Source: Gammaproteobacteria bacterium
GTDB taxonomy: Bacteria; Pseudomonadota; Gammaproteobacteria; GCA-001735895
DNA length: 64,000 nt
NCBI GenBank assembly: GCA_050298595.1
Contig: JBNKUM010000098.1
Coordinates: 1-64,000 of the forward strand
Direction: 5' to 3'
This document shows positions 1-9,486 of the stretch, piece by piece. The notes below the pieces were generated by a model. It did not search any database, was not told the origin of the DNA, and saw only the letters and a program-made list of their open reading frames with translations. The translations under genes and the position numbers were made by a program. Each line of letters starts with the position of its first letter. Position 1 is the first letter of the stretch.

Positions 1-1
1 G

Positions 2-418
2 ATGAATGGCCCGATGATGCATGGTCAGGATATGCGTCCCCCAATGCGCCCTCCAGAGTTCAAGCGACCTGACATGCCTCCACGCTTCACGCCCGACTTC
101 CCCAGTCCGCAGGAATTAGCGCGCATGGCGCCTCCAGAGCCGATGACCGAGGAAAAGATTAAACAGCGTTTTGCCAAACAAAAGGAAGATTTGCAGGCTA
201 ACCTTGATCGAGATCGTAAGGCTGCTGAAAAATATGCAGCTGACTTTGCTCGCTTTCAGAAATATCAGGCTGATCGCCTGACAGAAATTATGGCTAGAGC
301 AGAGGAAAGACGTGGACAGATGTTACAACGTCTGGAAGAGCAGGAAAAACGGGTTCTTCTACAGTTCCGTGAGCAACAGGCCGCAGAAAAAGCCGATCCG
401 AAGAAAGAAGAAATCTGA
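2..418 (+). CDS. Hypothetical protein, probably 5'-truncated; Pro/Met-rich segment followed by a charged helical region
   Basis: ORF open from the window edge; MRPPMRPPEFKRPDMPPRF then E/K/R/Q-rich helix; no family recognised. Confidence 0.6.
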   Translation: MNGPMMHGQDMRPPMRPPEFKRPDMPPRFTPDFPSPQELARMAPPEPMTEEKIKQRFAKQKEDLQANLDRDRKAAEKYAADFARFQKYQADRLTEIMARAEERRGQMLQRLEEQEKRVLLQFREQQAAEKADPKKEEI

Positions 419-518
419 TGCGCACTATATGAAGCAGAACTAACACCACTGCTTCAGCGTGCACCCAGTAATTTTTGTTACACTCCGCCAATCAACGACT
501 GATATTAAAGTATACCTT

Positions 519-3347
519 ATGAAAAATTCACCTGAAGCAGTGTCATCAATCCCTGACAAGGAATTACGCTCGCGCGTCAAGTTACTGGGAAGCCTGCTGG
601 GTAATGTCCTTAAAAAACATGAAGACCCTCTGGTTTATAAAGCAGTGGAAAAACTACGTAAGGGTTTTATCCAGTTGCGCAAGCAGGATGATGCCGCCAA
701 ACGTCTGCAGTTAATCCAGCAGATTGACCAGCTTCCGGCCAAAATCACCGAACAGGTTATACGCGCGTTTTCCATCTATTTCAGTCTGGTCAATATTGCC
801 GAAGAAGATTTCCTCCACCGCCAGCGTCGGCGTTCGGTTCGCCTGCTCGGGTATCCTGACTGGAAAGGTTCTTTCTTTAAAACCATCACAGAGTTCAAAA
901 GCCAGGGTATCGACGAGCAGGATCTAAGCCTGTTGTTTAACGAACTGTCCTATCGGCCCATCTTTACCGCACACCCGACTGAATCCAAACGCCGAACTGT
1001 GATGCAATTACAACGCGAGATCTTTGAAATCATCGATGACCTGACCGATCAGCGCATTACCGGTTATGAAAAGGATGCACTAATAGAACACTTGCAGGAA
1101 CAGATCGAAGTGTTATGGCAAACCAATGAAGTGCGTGAAAAACGCCCGGAAGTGTCTGATGAAATCAAACTGGGTCTATCTTACTTTCAGCGCAGTATTT
1201 ATCAGGCTGTTGCAATGGAATACCGCCATATAGAAAAAGCCGTGTGCAAGGTATATGGTGAAGATAGTTACGGTAACCCTGTAGTAAAGCCGCCCAGCTT
1301 TATAAAATTTGGTTCATGGATAGGCGGCGACCGCGATGGGAATCCTTATGTCACTTCTCAAACTACTGCTACTGCATTACGCATGCATGCAGAAGAAATC
1401 ATACGAGAGTACTGCTTCAGAGTGCTGGACCTGACACAACAGCTCACTCAATCGTCACGCTGGTGTACGCCCAATGAAGCTTTCATGGAAAGCCTGCTGA
1501 TTGACGAGTCCAAGGGGATAAAAGCCTTTGACGAAACACGGGATCGATTTGAAGAAGAAATCTATCGCCGCAAACTGTATTACATGCATTACCGTTTGAC
1601 TTCTAACCAGCGTACGCTGAAAGCTCGCCTCAAGGGCAAAACGGTAGATACCAGCATCCATTGCTACCAGAACAGTCAGGAGTTTCTGGATGATCTTTAC
1701 CTTATCTACAACTCATTGGTTAGTCATAACGATTCCACGTCAGCAAATGGCAAACTAAAGGATCTGATTCGACTGGTTGAAACCTTTGGCTTTTTTATGC
1801 TGAAACTGGATGTGCGCCAGGAATCGACCCGTCATAGCAATGCTGTTCACGAGATTCTTCAACAGACCAGCATTGCCGACTATCTATCCCTGCCGGAAAA
1901 AACTCGCGTGCAATTCCTGGCTGACCAGATCAGTAGCGGGCTAAAACCTGACACCATAGAATCTGCTTTGACTCCTGAGACTTTAGAGACGCTGCAACTG
2001 TTTAAGACCATGCGCGAGATGCGTAAAGAAATCAGCGAAGAATCCTTTGGCAACTATGTAATTTCTATGACGCACCATGCCAGTCATATCATGGAGGTTA
2101 TGTATCTGGCTTATCTGGCAGGGCTGGTTGGTAAAATCAATGGCGTTTATTTCTGTCATATCGAGATCAGCCCGTTATTCGAAACCATTGAAGATCTTTC
2201 GCATATCGATGAAGTTTTAAATCGACTACTGGACAACAAGCTATACAAAACCTTACTCGCCGCCGCAAAAAACACCCAGGAAGTAATGCTCGGATACTCC
2301 GACTCCTGCAAGGATGGCGGTATAGTCTCCGCCTCCTGGGGCCTGTATCAGGCACAGAAAAAGGTCATCTCGATTACTCGTCAGCATAATGTCAAATGCC
2401 GCATGTTTCATGGTCGCGGTGGCACCATCGGACGTGGGGGCGGCCCTACCCATGATGCGATCCTGTCGCAGCCGCATGATACTGTACATGGCCAAATCAA
2501 GTTCACCGAACAGGGCGAGGTTCTGTCGAGTAAATACAGCAATGAAGAAACCGCGCTGTACGAACTTTCTATGGGTATTACCGGATTGATGAAATCCAGT
2601 TTAAATATCATTCGTGATCAGGTCTTTAACCATGAATTATATTATGCCGATATGCAGCAACTGGCTGATCTGGCTGAGCAAAGCTATCGAGAATTGACCG
2701 ACAATACTGAGGGCTTCTTTGAGTACTTTTATCAGGCCACCCCAGTCAGTGAAATCGGTTTAATGAATATCGGATCGCGTCCAAGTCATCGACGCCAGGG
2801 TGACATGTCCAAATCCTCAGTGCGTGCAATTCCCTGGGTTTTTGGATGGGCTCAGTCACGCCATACCCTGCCCGCCTGGTATGGCATGGGATCAGCAATT
2901 GAAGCCTGGCTAAAATTGCATCCTGATGAGGGTCTGGATAAATTACAGAAGATGTACAGTGACTGGCCATTTTTTAACGCAATGATTTCCAACACTCAGA
3001 TGGCATTGTTCAAATCTGATATGCAGACTGCGCGTTACTACGCCGATCTATGTGACAATCAGCAACTGGCAGACAAGATATTCAGCATGATCTGCTCAGA
3101 ACATGAAAAGATTATGCGCTACGTGTTAGAAATCCCACAGTCCGAACGACTACTGTCGAGTGAACCAACGCTTGAATTATCGCTCACTCGACGTGAGCCC
3201 TATCTCGATCCTCTGGGTTATATTCAGATTAATTTATTGCGTAAATATCGCGCAGGTTCCAGCGATCCCGAGCTAAGTGAAGAGTGGAAAAGTGCATTAC
3301 TTAGTTCTATCAACGCTATTGCAGCGGGCATGAGAAATACCGGATGA
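519..3347 (+). CDS. ppc: Phosphoenolpyruvate carboxylase
   Basis: Motifs FTAHPTE, GSWIGGDRDGNP, VMLGYSDSCKDGG, FHGRGGTIGRGGGP and C-terminal GMRNTG; ATG at 519 preferred over GTG at 459. Confidence 0.97.
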   Translation: MKNSPEAVSSIPDKELRSRVKLLGSLLGNVLKKHEDPLVYKAVEKLRKGFIQLRKQDDAAKRLQLIQQIDQLPAKITEQVIRAFSIYFSLVNIAEEDFLHRQRRRSVRLLGYPDWKGSFFKTITEFKSQGIDEQDLSLLFNELSYRPIFTAHPTESKRRTVMQLQREIFEIIDDLTDQRITGYEKDALIEHLQEQIEVLWQTNEVREKRPEVSDEIKLGLSYFQRSIYQAVAMEYRHIEKAVCKVYGEDSYGNPVVKPPSFIKFGSWIGGDRDGNPYVTSQTTATALRMHAEEIIREYCFRVLDLTQQLTQSSRWCTPNEAFMESLLIDESKGIKAFDETRDRFEEEIYRRKLYYMHYRLTSNQRTLKARLKGKTVDTSIHCYQNSQEFLDDLYLIYNSLVSHNDSTSANGKLKDLIRLVETFGFFMLKLDVRQESTRHSNAVHEILQQTSIADYLSLPEKTRVQFLADQISSGLKPDTIESALTPETLETLQLFKTMREMRKEISEESFGNYVISMTHHASHIMEVMYLAYLAGLVGKINGVYFCHIEISPLFETIEDLSHIDEVLNRLLDNKLYKTLLAAAKNTQEVMLGYSDSCKDGGIVSASWGLYQAQKKVISITRQHNVKCRMFHGRGGTIGRGGGPTHDAILSQPHDTVHGQIKFTEQGEVLSSKYSNEETALYELSMGITGLMKSSLNIIRDQVFNHELYYADMQQLADLAEQSYRELTDNTEGFFEYFYQATPVSEIGLMNIGSRPSHRRQGDMSKSSVRAIPWVFGWAQSRHTLPAWYGMGSAIEAWLKLHPDEGLDKLQKMYSDWPFFNAMISNTQMALFKSDMQTARYYADLCDNQQLADKIFSMICSEHEKIMRYVLEIPQSERLLSSEPTLELSLTRREPYLDPLGYIQINLLRKYRAGSSDPELSEEWKSALLSSINAIAAGMRNTG

Positions 3348-4531
3348 AAAACCTTTTTAAATGGCAAAACCGCCCTGAAATATTATTGTATGTAATGGCG
3401 GCTGCGGTACCTTTAGCCTTCTCTACCTGGCGCACTCTACTGAATAACTTTGCCATAGAACAGGCATCCTTCAGTGGTATCGAAATGGGGATTCTACAAA
3501 GCTTACGCGAAGTCCCCGGGTTTCTGGCATTTGCGGCGGTATTTCTATTGCTGCTTATGCGTGAACAAACGCTGGCATTTGTATCGCTGTTTTTACTAGG
3601 TTTAGGTACTGCGCTTACCGGTTATCTGCCCAGTGTCATGGGGCTTTATTTCACGACGGTATTGATGTCGGTTGGTTTTCACTATGCCGAGACCATGCAG
3701 CAATCTTTATCCCTGCAATTAATTAGCAAAGATCAGCTACCTCTGGTAATGGGCAGACAGATGGCAGTGGGATCATTCACCGGACTGTTTATATTCGCAG
3801 CCATCTATCTGATGCTGGATCTGTTAAAGATTGAATATCACTGGGTCTATCTGGCTGGTGGGCTAACAACTGTTTTTCTCGCTGTACTAATTTATAAGGG
3901 CTTTCCTCATTTTAAAGGTGAAGCCGAACAGCATAAAAAAATGATCCTGCGCAAATGCTACTGGCTCTACTACGCGCTCACTTTTTTATCCGGTGCCAGA
4001 CGGCAGATCTTTGTTGTGTTTGCTGGATTTTTGCTGGTGGAAAAATTTCATCTCTCGGCTTCAAATATAGCCATGCTATTCCTCATCAATGGCGTTTTAA
4101 CCATTTTTCTAGCACCAAAGATTGGCAAGCTGGTTATTTTCTGGGGTGAGAGAAAAACACTATCGCTGGAATATCTGGGCCTGATTATCATTTTCACCAG
4201 TTATGCATTTGTCGATAACGTGATACTGGCTTCGGTACTCTACATTCTGGACCATGTATTTTTTGCCATGGCGATAGCTCTTAAAAGTTACTTCAAGAAA
4301 ATCGGTGATCCTAAGGACTTTGCTTCTACTGCTGGGGTCGCTTTTTCAATCAATCATATCGCTGCGGTCATTCTGCCATTTGCACTGGGTTTTCTGTGGA
4401 TCATATCTCCGTCCCTGGTGTTTTTGTGCGGGACGGGATTTGCAGTTTTGTCGTTAATACTATCTCAGCTAGTACCGATGAATCCTGAACAGGGCTTCGA
4501 AACTACTTTAATCCCGAGAGTTGCAGATTAA
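3344..4531 (+). CDS. MFS transporter
   Basis: 395 aa, about 12 hydrophobic segments; ATGA overlap with the ppc stop. Confidence 0.85.
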   Translation: MKNLFKWQNRPEILLYVMAAAVPLAFSTWRTLLNNFAIEQASFSGIEMGILQSLREVPGFLAFAAVFLLLLMREQTLAFVSLFLLGLGTALTGYLPSVMGLYFTTVLMSVGFHYAETMQQSLSLQLISKDQLPLVMGRQMAVGSFTGLFIFAAIYLMLDLLKIEYHWVYLAGGLTTVFLAVLIYKGFPHFKGEAEQHKKMILRKCYWLYYALTFLSGARRQIFVVFAGFLLVEKFHLSASNIAMLFLINGVLTIFLAPKIGKLVIFWGERKTLSLEYLGLIIIFTSYAFVDNVILASVLYILDHVFFAMAIALKSYFKKIGDPKDFASTAGVAFSINHIAAVILPFALGFLWIISPSLVFLCGTGFAVLSLILSQLVPMNPEQGFETTLIPRVAD

Positions 4532-5856
4532 TCAGGAACAGCCGCGCCTGCATCGCGCATTCTTGCCAGTTTATAGCGTAGAGTCCGTGGGCTAATGCCT
4601 AGCTGCTCTGCAGTCTTCTTGCGACTACCATTATGGCATCTTAATGTCTCCAGAATGACTTCGGCTTCTCTATCGCGTAAATCATTTTGCAGTTTCCCGG
4701 TATCATCATTTTCTTCTGAGCCAAAATCCACAGAACTATTAGTCTCCAGCATAATATCGTCATCAGTGATTTCATTGCCCTGTTTCAGGATCATTGCACG
4801 CTGGATGACATTATCGAGTTCACGCACATTGCCTGGCCAGGGATGCTGAATCAGAAGCTGTGCCGCAGACTCTGATAGCTTGATCGCCTGCCCGGTGGCA
4901 CGGCTATATACGGCGATTAATTTTTCCGCGATAGGAATGATATCCTGTGTGCGATGACGTAATGCGGGCACTACTAACGGGAACACATTCAAACGATAAA
5001 ATAAATCTTCTCTAAATCTTTTTTCAGACACTTCTTTTTTAAGATCTCGATTAGTCGTGGCGATTATGCGCACATCCAGTTCAATCATTTTCTGACTACC
5101 CAGTCTTTCTACCTGACGTTCCTGTATGACGCGTAATAACTTGGCCTGTAACGCCAGATCCATTTCACTAATTTCATCCAGCAGCAGGGTACCACCCTGG
5201 GCCTGTTCGAACTTACCCATAGCGCTTTTTATCGCGCCAGTAAAAGCCCCTTTTTCATAACCGAATAAGGCGGCTTCCAGCATGTTCTCAGGTATAGCGG
5301 CACAGTTAATGGCTACGAATGGACCACTACTGCGCGGTGAATTTTGATGAATTAGTTTAGACAGTACTTCCTTACCTACCCCGCTTTCACCATTTAATAA
5401 TACGGTTGCTTCCGACTGCGCCACCTTTTTTGCTAATTCTACCAGCTTTTTCGATGCAGGATCTACCGCGATCATGCCTTCGCCCAGCTGTCGTGCACTC
5501 GGTAATAATTGTTGCTGCAGGGTTTTAACCAGCTCAGAAACCTCAAAAGGTTTCACCAGATAATCTACTGCTCCCGCCTGAATCGCATCCACCGCCTGAG
5601 GAATTGAGCCATAAGCAGTCATCAAAATAACAGGGAGCCCTGCATGATTCTGATTGATAAACTCCAGTAGCTGATAGCCATTACCGGGACTCATCTGCAC
5701 ATCGCTGAGTACTAGCGCTACATTATTCTCCGCAAGTTGCTGTTGTGCCTGCTGCCCATTTTCGGCTTCGATATAGCTAATATCGTTGATTTCGAGCATA
5801 TCGCAAATCGCTTCGCGTAAATCTGCATCATCTTCAACAACTAATACATCGATCAT
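4528..5856 (-). CDS. fleR: Sigma54-dependent response regulator FleR/FlrC
   Basis: Receiver domain (LSDVQM), GESGVGKE, GAFTGA and Fis-type HTH (LGISPRTLRYKL); downstream of fleS. Confidence 0.92.
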   Translation of the reverse strand: MIDVLVVEDDADLREAICDMLEINDISYIEAENGQQAQQQLAENNVALVLSDVQMSPGNGYQLLEFINQNHAGLPVILMTAYGSIPQAVDAIQAGAVDYLVKPFEVSELVKTLQQQLLPSARQLGEGMIAVDPASKKLVELAKKVAQSEATVLLNGESGVGKEVLSKLIHQNSPRSSGPFVAINCAAIPENMLEAALFGYEKGAFTGAIKSAMGKFEQAQGGTLLLDEISEMDLALQAKLLRVIQERQVERLGSQKMIELDVRIIATTNRDLKKEVSEKRFREDLFYRLNVFPLVVPALRHRTQDIIPIAEKLIAVYSRATGQAIKLSESAAQLLIQHPWPGNVRELDNVIQRAMILKQGNEITDDDIMLETNSSVDFGSEENDDTGKLQNDLRDREAEVILETLRCHNGSRKKTAEQLGISPRTLRYKLARMRDAGAAVPD

Positions 5857-7028
5857 TTATTCGCCTCACTGTTACGTGTACTCAATTGAGTTTTACTGCC
5901 GCTCATACAGGGTAAACTAATGTCAAAACGACTACCTTCACCGAGAGTTGAACTCACCTTGATATGACCCTGATGAGATTCTATAACGGATTTAACCACT
6001 GCCAGTCCCAAACCAGTTCCATCCTGCTTGGTAGTATAAAAGGGGTCAAACAGGTGTTGCAATGTCTGCTCATCCATTCCTCCGGCATTATCAATCACTA
6101 CTAGCTCAAGATCCCCTCTACCATTTAATGCAGTGGTAATCCTGATCGTTAATAGTTGATCGCTGGCATCCATCGCATTCATACACAGATTAGCCAGTGC
6201 GCCCAATAGTGCCCCCTTGTTGCCATTAATCAGTATGCTTTTATCGGTGGCTTCTATCTTCAGTTGAGCATGTTTGTGCATCAACTGTGGTGCCAGATGA
6301 TCATGTAATTCAGCTAATAGATCAGTGATGGCAAAATCACTCATATGGAATTGCCCACCGTGCGCAAAAACCAGCATATCGTTGATAGTTTTCTCGATAT
6401 GCCTGATTCTATCTAAGGCCTTGCCAGTGAATTTACGGCTTTTCTCTTCATCCAGATTACCTTCTATGATCTGTGATAGATACAACATGCTGGATGACAG
6501 AGGCGTGCGAATTTGATGTGCCAGACTGGCCATCATCTTTCCCATAGTCATTAAATGCAGGTTTTGTTGTGCTGCACGTTGCAGAACGCGGGTTTGGGTA
6601 ACATCGCTAAGCAGTAATATCTGTCCAGGTTTATAACCCAGTGGTCGGGTAGAAATACTGAATTGACGTCCATCCGGAGTACGTAATTCCCCCTGATCCA
6701 GATCAGCAAGAAATACACGATGCACAATATCGCGCCAGTGATGCTGGCGCAGGGGTTCACCCAGTAATTCAGAGGCGGCAAGGTTAAAGTCATCTACCCT
6801 ACCTTGCGAATTGATAACGATCACCGCGCCGGGTATAGCATCGATAAGAGATCTGAGTTGTTGACTCATATTGTCCTGTGATTGTGGGGATAGGGTTTCA
6901 ACTTTGGCACGAGTTAACCCATCAACCGTTGCATTCAATTGATTGAAGCTTTCAAGCAGCGTATTTGAAACCTGATTAAACTGATGAAAGGCCTGCTGTA
7001 ATTCTACACGTTGTTGGTTTGAGTTCAT
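5853..7028 (-). CDS. fleS: Cytoplasmic PAS sensor histidine kinase FleS/FlrB
   Basis: PAS-like region, LAHQIRTPLS H-box, GTGLGLAVV; no TM segment; lies between fleQ and fleR. Confidence 0.9.
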   Translation of the reverse strand: MNSNQQRVELQQAFHQFNQVSNTLLESFNQLNATVDGLTRAKVETLSPQSQDNMSQQLRSLIDAIPGAVIVINSQGRVDDFNLAASELLGEPLRQHHWRDIVHRVFLADLDQGELRTPDGRQFSISTRPLGYKPGQILLLSDVTQTRVLQRAAQQNLHLMTMGKMMASLAHQIRTPLSSSMLYLSQIIEGNLDEEKSRKFTGKALDRIRHIEKTINDMLVFAHGGQFHMSDFAITDLLAELHDHLAPQLMHKHAQLKIEATDKSILINGNKGALLGALANLCMNAMDASDQLLTIRITTALNGRGDLELVVIDNAGGMDEQTLQHLFDPFYTTKQDGTGLGLAVVKSVIESHQGHIKVSSTLGEGSRFDISLPCMSGSKTQLSTRNSEANK

Positions 7029-7061
7029 GATTAGTCATATAACTAGCATCTTCTGAACTAC

Positions 7062-7077
7062 TGCAGGATTCAATCCG
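7062..7077 (-). promoter_or_regulatory. Sigma54 -24/-12 promoter of fleSR
   Basis: Minus strand CGGATTGAATCCTGCA has GG-N10-GC spacing, just upstream of fleS. Confidence 0.6.
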
Positions 7078-7096
7078 ACTACTAATTAAGCCTATT

Positions 7097-7109
7097 AATC
7101 AAAGACTTA
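7097..7109. promoter_or_regulatory. IHF site
   Basis: AATCAAAGACTTA matches WATCAANNNNTTR exactly; lies between the sigma54 promoter and the FleQ-like box. Confidence 0.55.
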
Positions 7110-7141
7110 TATAATATCAAAACCCGATTGAGACAGGTATT

Positions 7142-7155
7142 GACAATATATTGAC
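7142..7155. promoter_or_regulatory. FleQ-like binding box
   Basis: Minus strand GTCAATATATTGTC resembles the FleQ consensus GTCANTAAANTGAC; upstream-activator position for fleSR. Confidence 0.5.
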
Positions 7156-7160
7156 TATCA

Positions 7161-8540
7161 CTAACGCTCAATCTCATATTTACGCATCTTCTCAACCAAC
7201 GTGGTTCTACGCATATGCAACAGGTTGGCTGCGCGCGCCACGACATTATCCGTGACCCCCAGCGCCTGCTCGATAAGAGAGACTTCGATATCCATCAGGT
7301 ACTGTTTCATATCGATACCACCATCTGGCAATGCATTGAAATTAACTGCTGTCTGCACGTTTGTCTGAATCTCCGGCACCTCTATACCCGGGATGATGGC
7401 ACCTTCAGGGACAAATTTTGGGGGTAGCTGTTTAACATCGACCACATCATGCGGGTATAGAATGGCCAGACGTTCGATCAGATTCGCCAGCTCGCGCACA
7501 TTACCGGGCCAGTCATATTGAGCAAGCATGGCAATGGCATTTCTGGTAAGCCTAACCGAGCCGCGATTATCCTGTTCGATACGCCCTATCAATTCAGTAA
7601 CCAGTAGTGGAATATCTTCACGACGCTCACGTAATGGCGTTACTTCTATGGGGAATACGTTTAAGCGGTAATACAGGTCTTCGCGAAACCCGCCCTTTTC
7701 TATCAACTCTTCCAGTCGTCTATGAGTCGCTGCTATCACTCGCACATCGGTTTGAATTGTGCGGTTGCCTCCCACGCGTTCAAAGCTGCGTTCCTGTAAT
7801 ACACGCAATAATTTCACCTGCATGGATAAAGGCATATCGCCAATTTCATCGAGAAATATCACCCCACCTTCAGCCAGCTCGAAGCGCCCCTGGCGAGAAT
7901 TAATGGCTCCGGTAAAAGCACCTTTTTCATGACCGAATAATTCGCTTTCAAGCAGGTCAGCAGGAATAGCGCCACAATTTATAGGAACAAAAGGCTTATT
8001 AGCACGATTGGACTGTGCGTGTATATTCCTGGCGATAACCTCTTTGCCCGTTCCTGACTCTCCCAGGATTAAAACCGAAGCATTGGTATCGGCTACCTGA
8101 CCGATCATTTGATTGATGGCATTGACAGAAGGGCTGGTTCCGATGAAAGGCTGGCACTGACGATTATTCTTGCGCCGATCCAGAGAAATATGCGATTTCA
8201 ACTGATCCAGCAACTGAGTCAACGAATGGTAATCGGGACTAAAACTCAGGGCAGCAATAAATGGAGGGAGAACCACCGCTTTCTGGTTATCCAGATCCGC
8301 TTTCTCAGCAAGTAGCACTGCTGGCAACTGACTCTGGCTCTGATCATTTTGTTGTCGCAGAGTTTTGACCACAGAATCATTTTGAATAGTGAAGATGCCC
8401 AGGTATTCGGACAGCTCGGAAGGTTTAATTTTTTCTAACTGGGTCGGATCGATTATTTCAGCCTTATATTTAATGAAGTGGAGTAAATGTTGCAACGATT
8501 TTGCACGAGATAAATCTGAATCGATTATCAATATTGTCAT
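7161..8540 (-). CDS. fleQ: Flagellar master regulator FleQ/FlrA
   Basis: Degenerate N-terminal receiver-like domain, [15 protein letters not shown]-terminal [12 protein letters not shown]. Confidence 0.94.
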   Translation of the reverse strand: MTILIIDSDLSRAKSLQHLLHFIKYKAEIIDPTQLEKIKPSELSEYLGIFTIQNDSVVKTLRQQNDQSQSQLPAVLLAEKADLDNQKAVVLPPFIAALSFSPDYHSLTQLLDQLKSHISLDRRKNNRQCQPFIGTSPSVNAINQMIGQVADTNASVLILGESGTGKEVIARNIHAQSNRANKPFVPINCGAIPADLLESELFGHEKGAFTGAINSRQGRFELAEGGVIFLDEIGDMPLSMQVKLLRVLQERSFERVGGNRTIQTDVRVIAATHRRLEELIEKGGFREDLYYRLNVFPIEVTPLRERREDIPLLVTELIGRIEQDNRGSVRLTRNAIAMLAQYDWPGNVRELANLIERLAILYPHDVVDVKQLPPKFVPEGAIIPGIEVPEIQTNVQTAVNFNALPDGGIDMKQYLMDIEVSLIEQALGVTDNVVARAANLLHMRRTTLVEKMRKYEIER

Positions 8541-8622
8541 AGTTAGCCGTTAATAATATTTTTAAATTTACCCAAAAATCCATACCGTCAAGGTAAATAT
8601 TACTCACATTTTAGATGAAAAT

Positions 8623-8636
8623 GACAAAAAATCGAC
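8623..8636. promoter_or_regulatory. Possible FleQ-like box upstream of fleQ
   Basis: GACAAAAAATCGAC resembles the 7142 box; AT-rich intergenic region. Confidence 0.3.
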
Positions 8637-8710
8637 AGAAAATTATATTAACCACAAAATGATCAATAAGAGATTGATTTGATGGATATTATTATAGGCA
8701 AGATTTTATT

Positions 8711-9004
8711 TTAAGTATTGTCCAGATAGGCTTTAGAAGCTTTTGTTGCCTGAGCCAGGCTTGAATGCTGGCTGCGTATCTGTGATTGCATCACAGTCAG
8801 TCGCTGTAAAATATCGTCGTTTAATTCTTTAAGTAAGCGTATCTGTTTTTCATCTTTGTGGTCCGACCCAGAAAAATACTTCGAGATAAAACCCTGTCGC
8901 TCCTGTTCAAGCGATGCAATCAAAACAAGGTCTGAATTATCTATAGCCTCAAGAATCTTTTGACTGACTTCAATCGCCTGATCTAGAGAGTTTAATGGTG
9001 TCAT
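8711..9004 (-). CDS. fliT: FliT-like flagellar chaperone
   Basis: About 97-aa helical protein right after fliS, ending ASKAY; likely start ATG at 9004 (MTPLNSL). Confidence 0.65.
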   Translation of the reverse strand: MTPLNSLDQAIEVSQKILEAIDNSDLVLIASLEQERQGFISKYFSGSDHKDEKQIRLLKELNDDILQRLTVMQSQIRSQHSSLAQATKASKAYLDNT

Positions 9005-9035
9005 ATTAATTAATGTGAAATCCGAAGAAAACTGA

Positions 9036-9419
9036 TTATTTTGGAATTTGAATCCAGGCAGATCTGATTTCCCGTAACAATCGAGAAACCTCATCCAATT
9101 TGCCGACATCATTTTTCAAGTTAGCCTGTAATAAGCTCAAGTTCATATACTCATACAAAGACTCCAGGTTATCTGAAAGATCACCTTCCTGATTATGATC
9201 AAGGCAGGCACTAAGACCCGTTATGATCCCTATGGCTTTACCAATCAACTCACCCTTGGTATTTGAGTCTTTTTGCTGCATACAACCTTTAGCCTGCGCT
9301 ATTCTTTCTATAGCCCCATTCATCAAACGTAGTATTAACTGATGGGGGTCAGCATAAGCAATCGAGCTATTGCTGGTATTTTGATATTCTGAAACCGCAT
9401 TACTGGCTGGCATATTCAT
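9036..9419 (-). CDS. fliS: Flagellin export chaperone FliS
   Basis: ADPHQLILRLMNGA and NLESLYEYM...IRSAW motifs; GGAGA RBS before ATG at 9419. Confidence 0.95.
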   Translation of the reverse strand: MNMPASNAVSEYQNTSNSSIAYADPHQLILRLMNGAIERIAQAKGCMQQKDSNTKGELIGKAIGIITGLSACLDHNQEGDLSDNLESLYEYMNLSLLQANLKNDVGKLDEVSRLLREIRSAWIQIPK

Positions 9420-9445
9420 GTTTTTCTCCACAATACTTAATCTCT

Positions 9446-9472
9446 ATATCGACCAATTGTCGCTAAAATTTA
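9446..9472 (-). promoter_or_regulatory. Sigma28 (FliA) promoter of fliS-fliT
   Basis: Minus strand TAAA-N15-GTCGATAT versus consensus TAAA-N15-GCCGATAA. Confidence 0.65.
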
Positions 9473-9486
9473 GCTCTTTTATCGAA

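Noticed and set aside
420-437. GCGCACTATAT shared with the glnK NtrC-like box
   Set aside because: The right half-site is missing or mis-spaced; better explained as part of a hairpin or as chance.
4528-4531. Convergent genes sharing TTAA stop codons (also 48351-48354)
   Set aside because: A common compact arrangement with no other evidence for antisense regulation.
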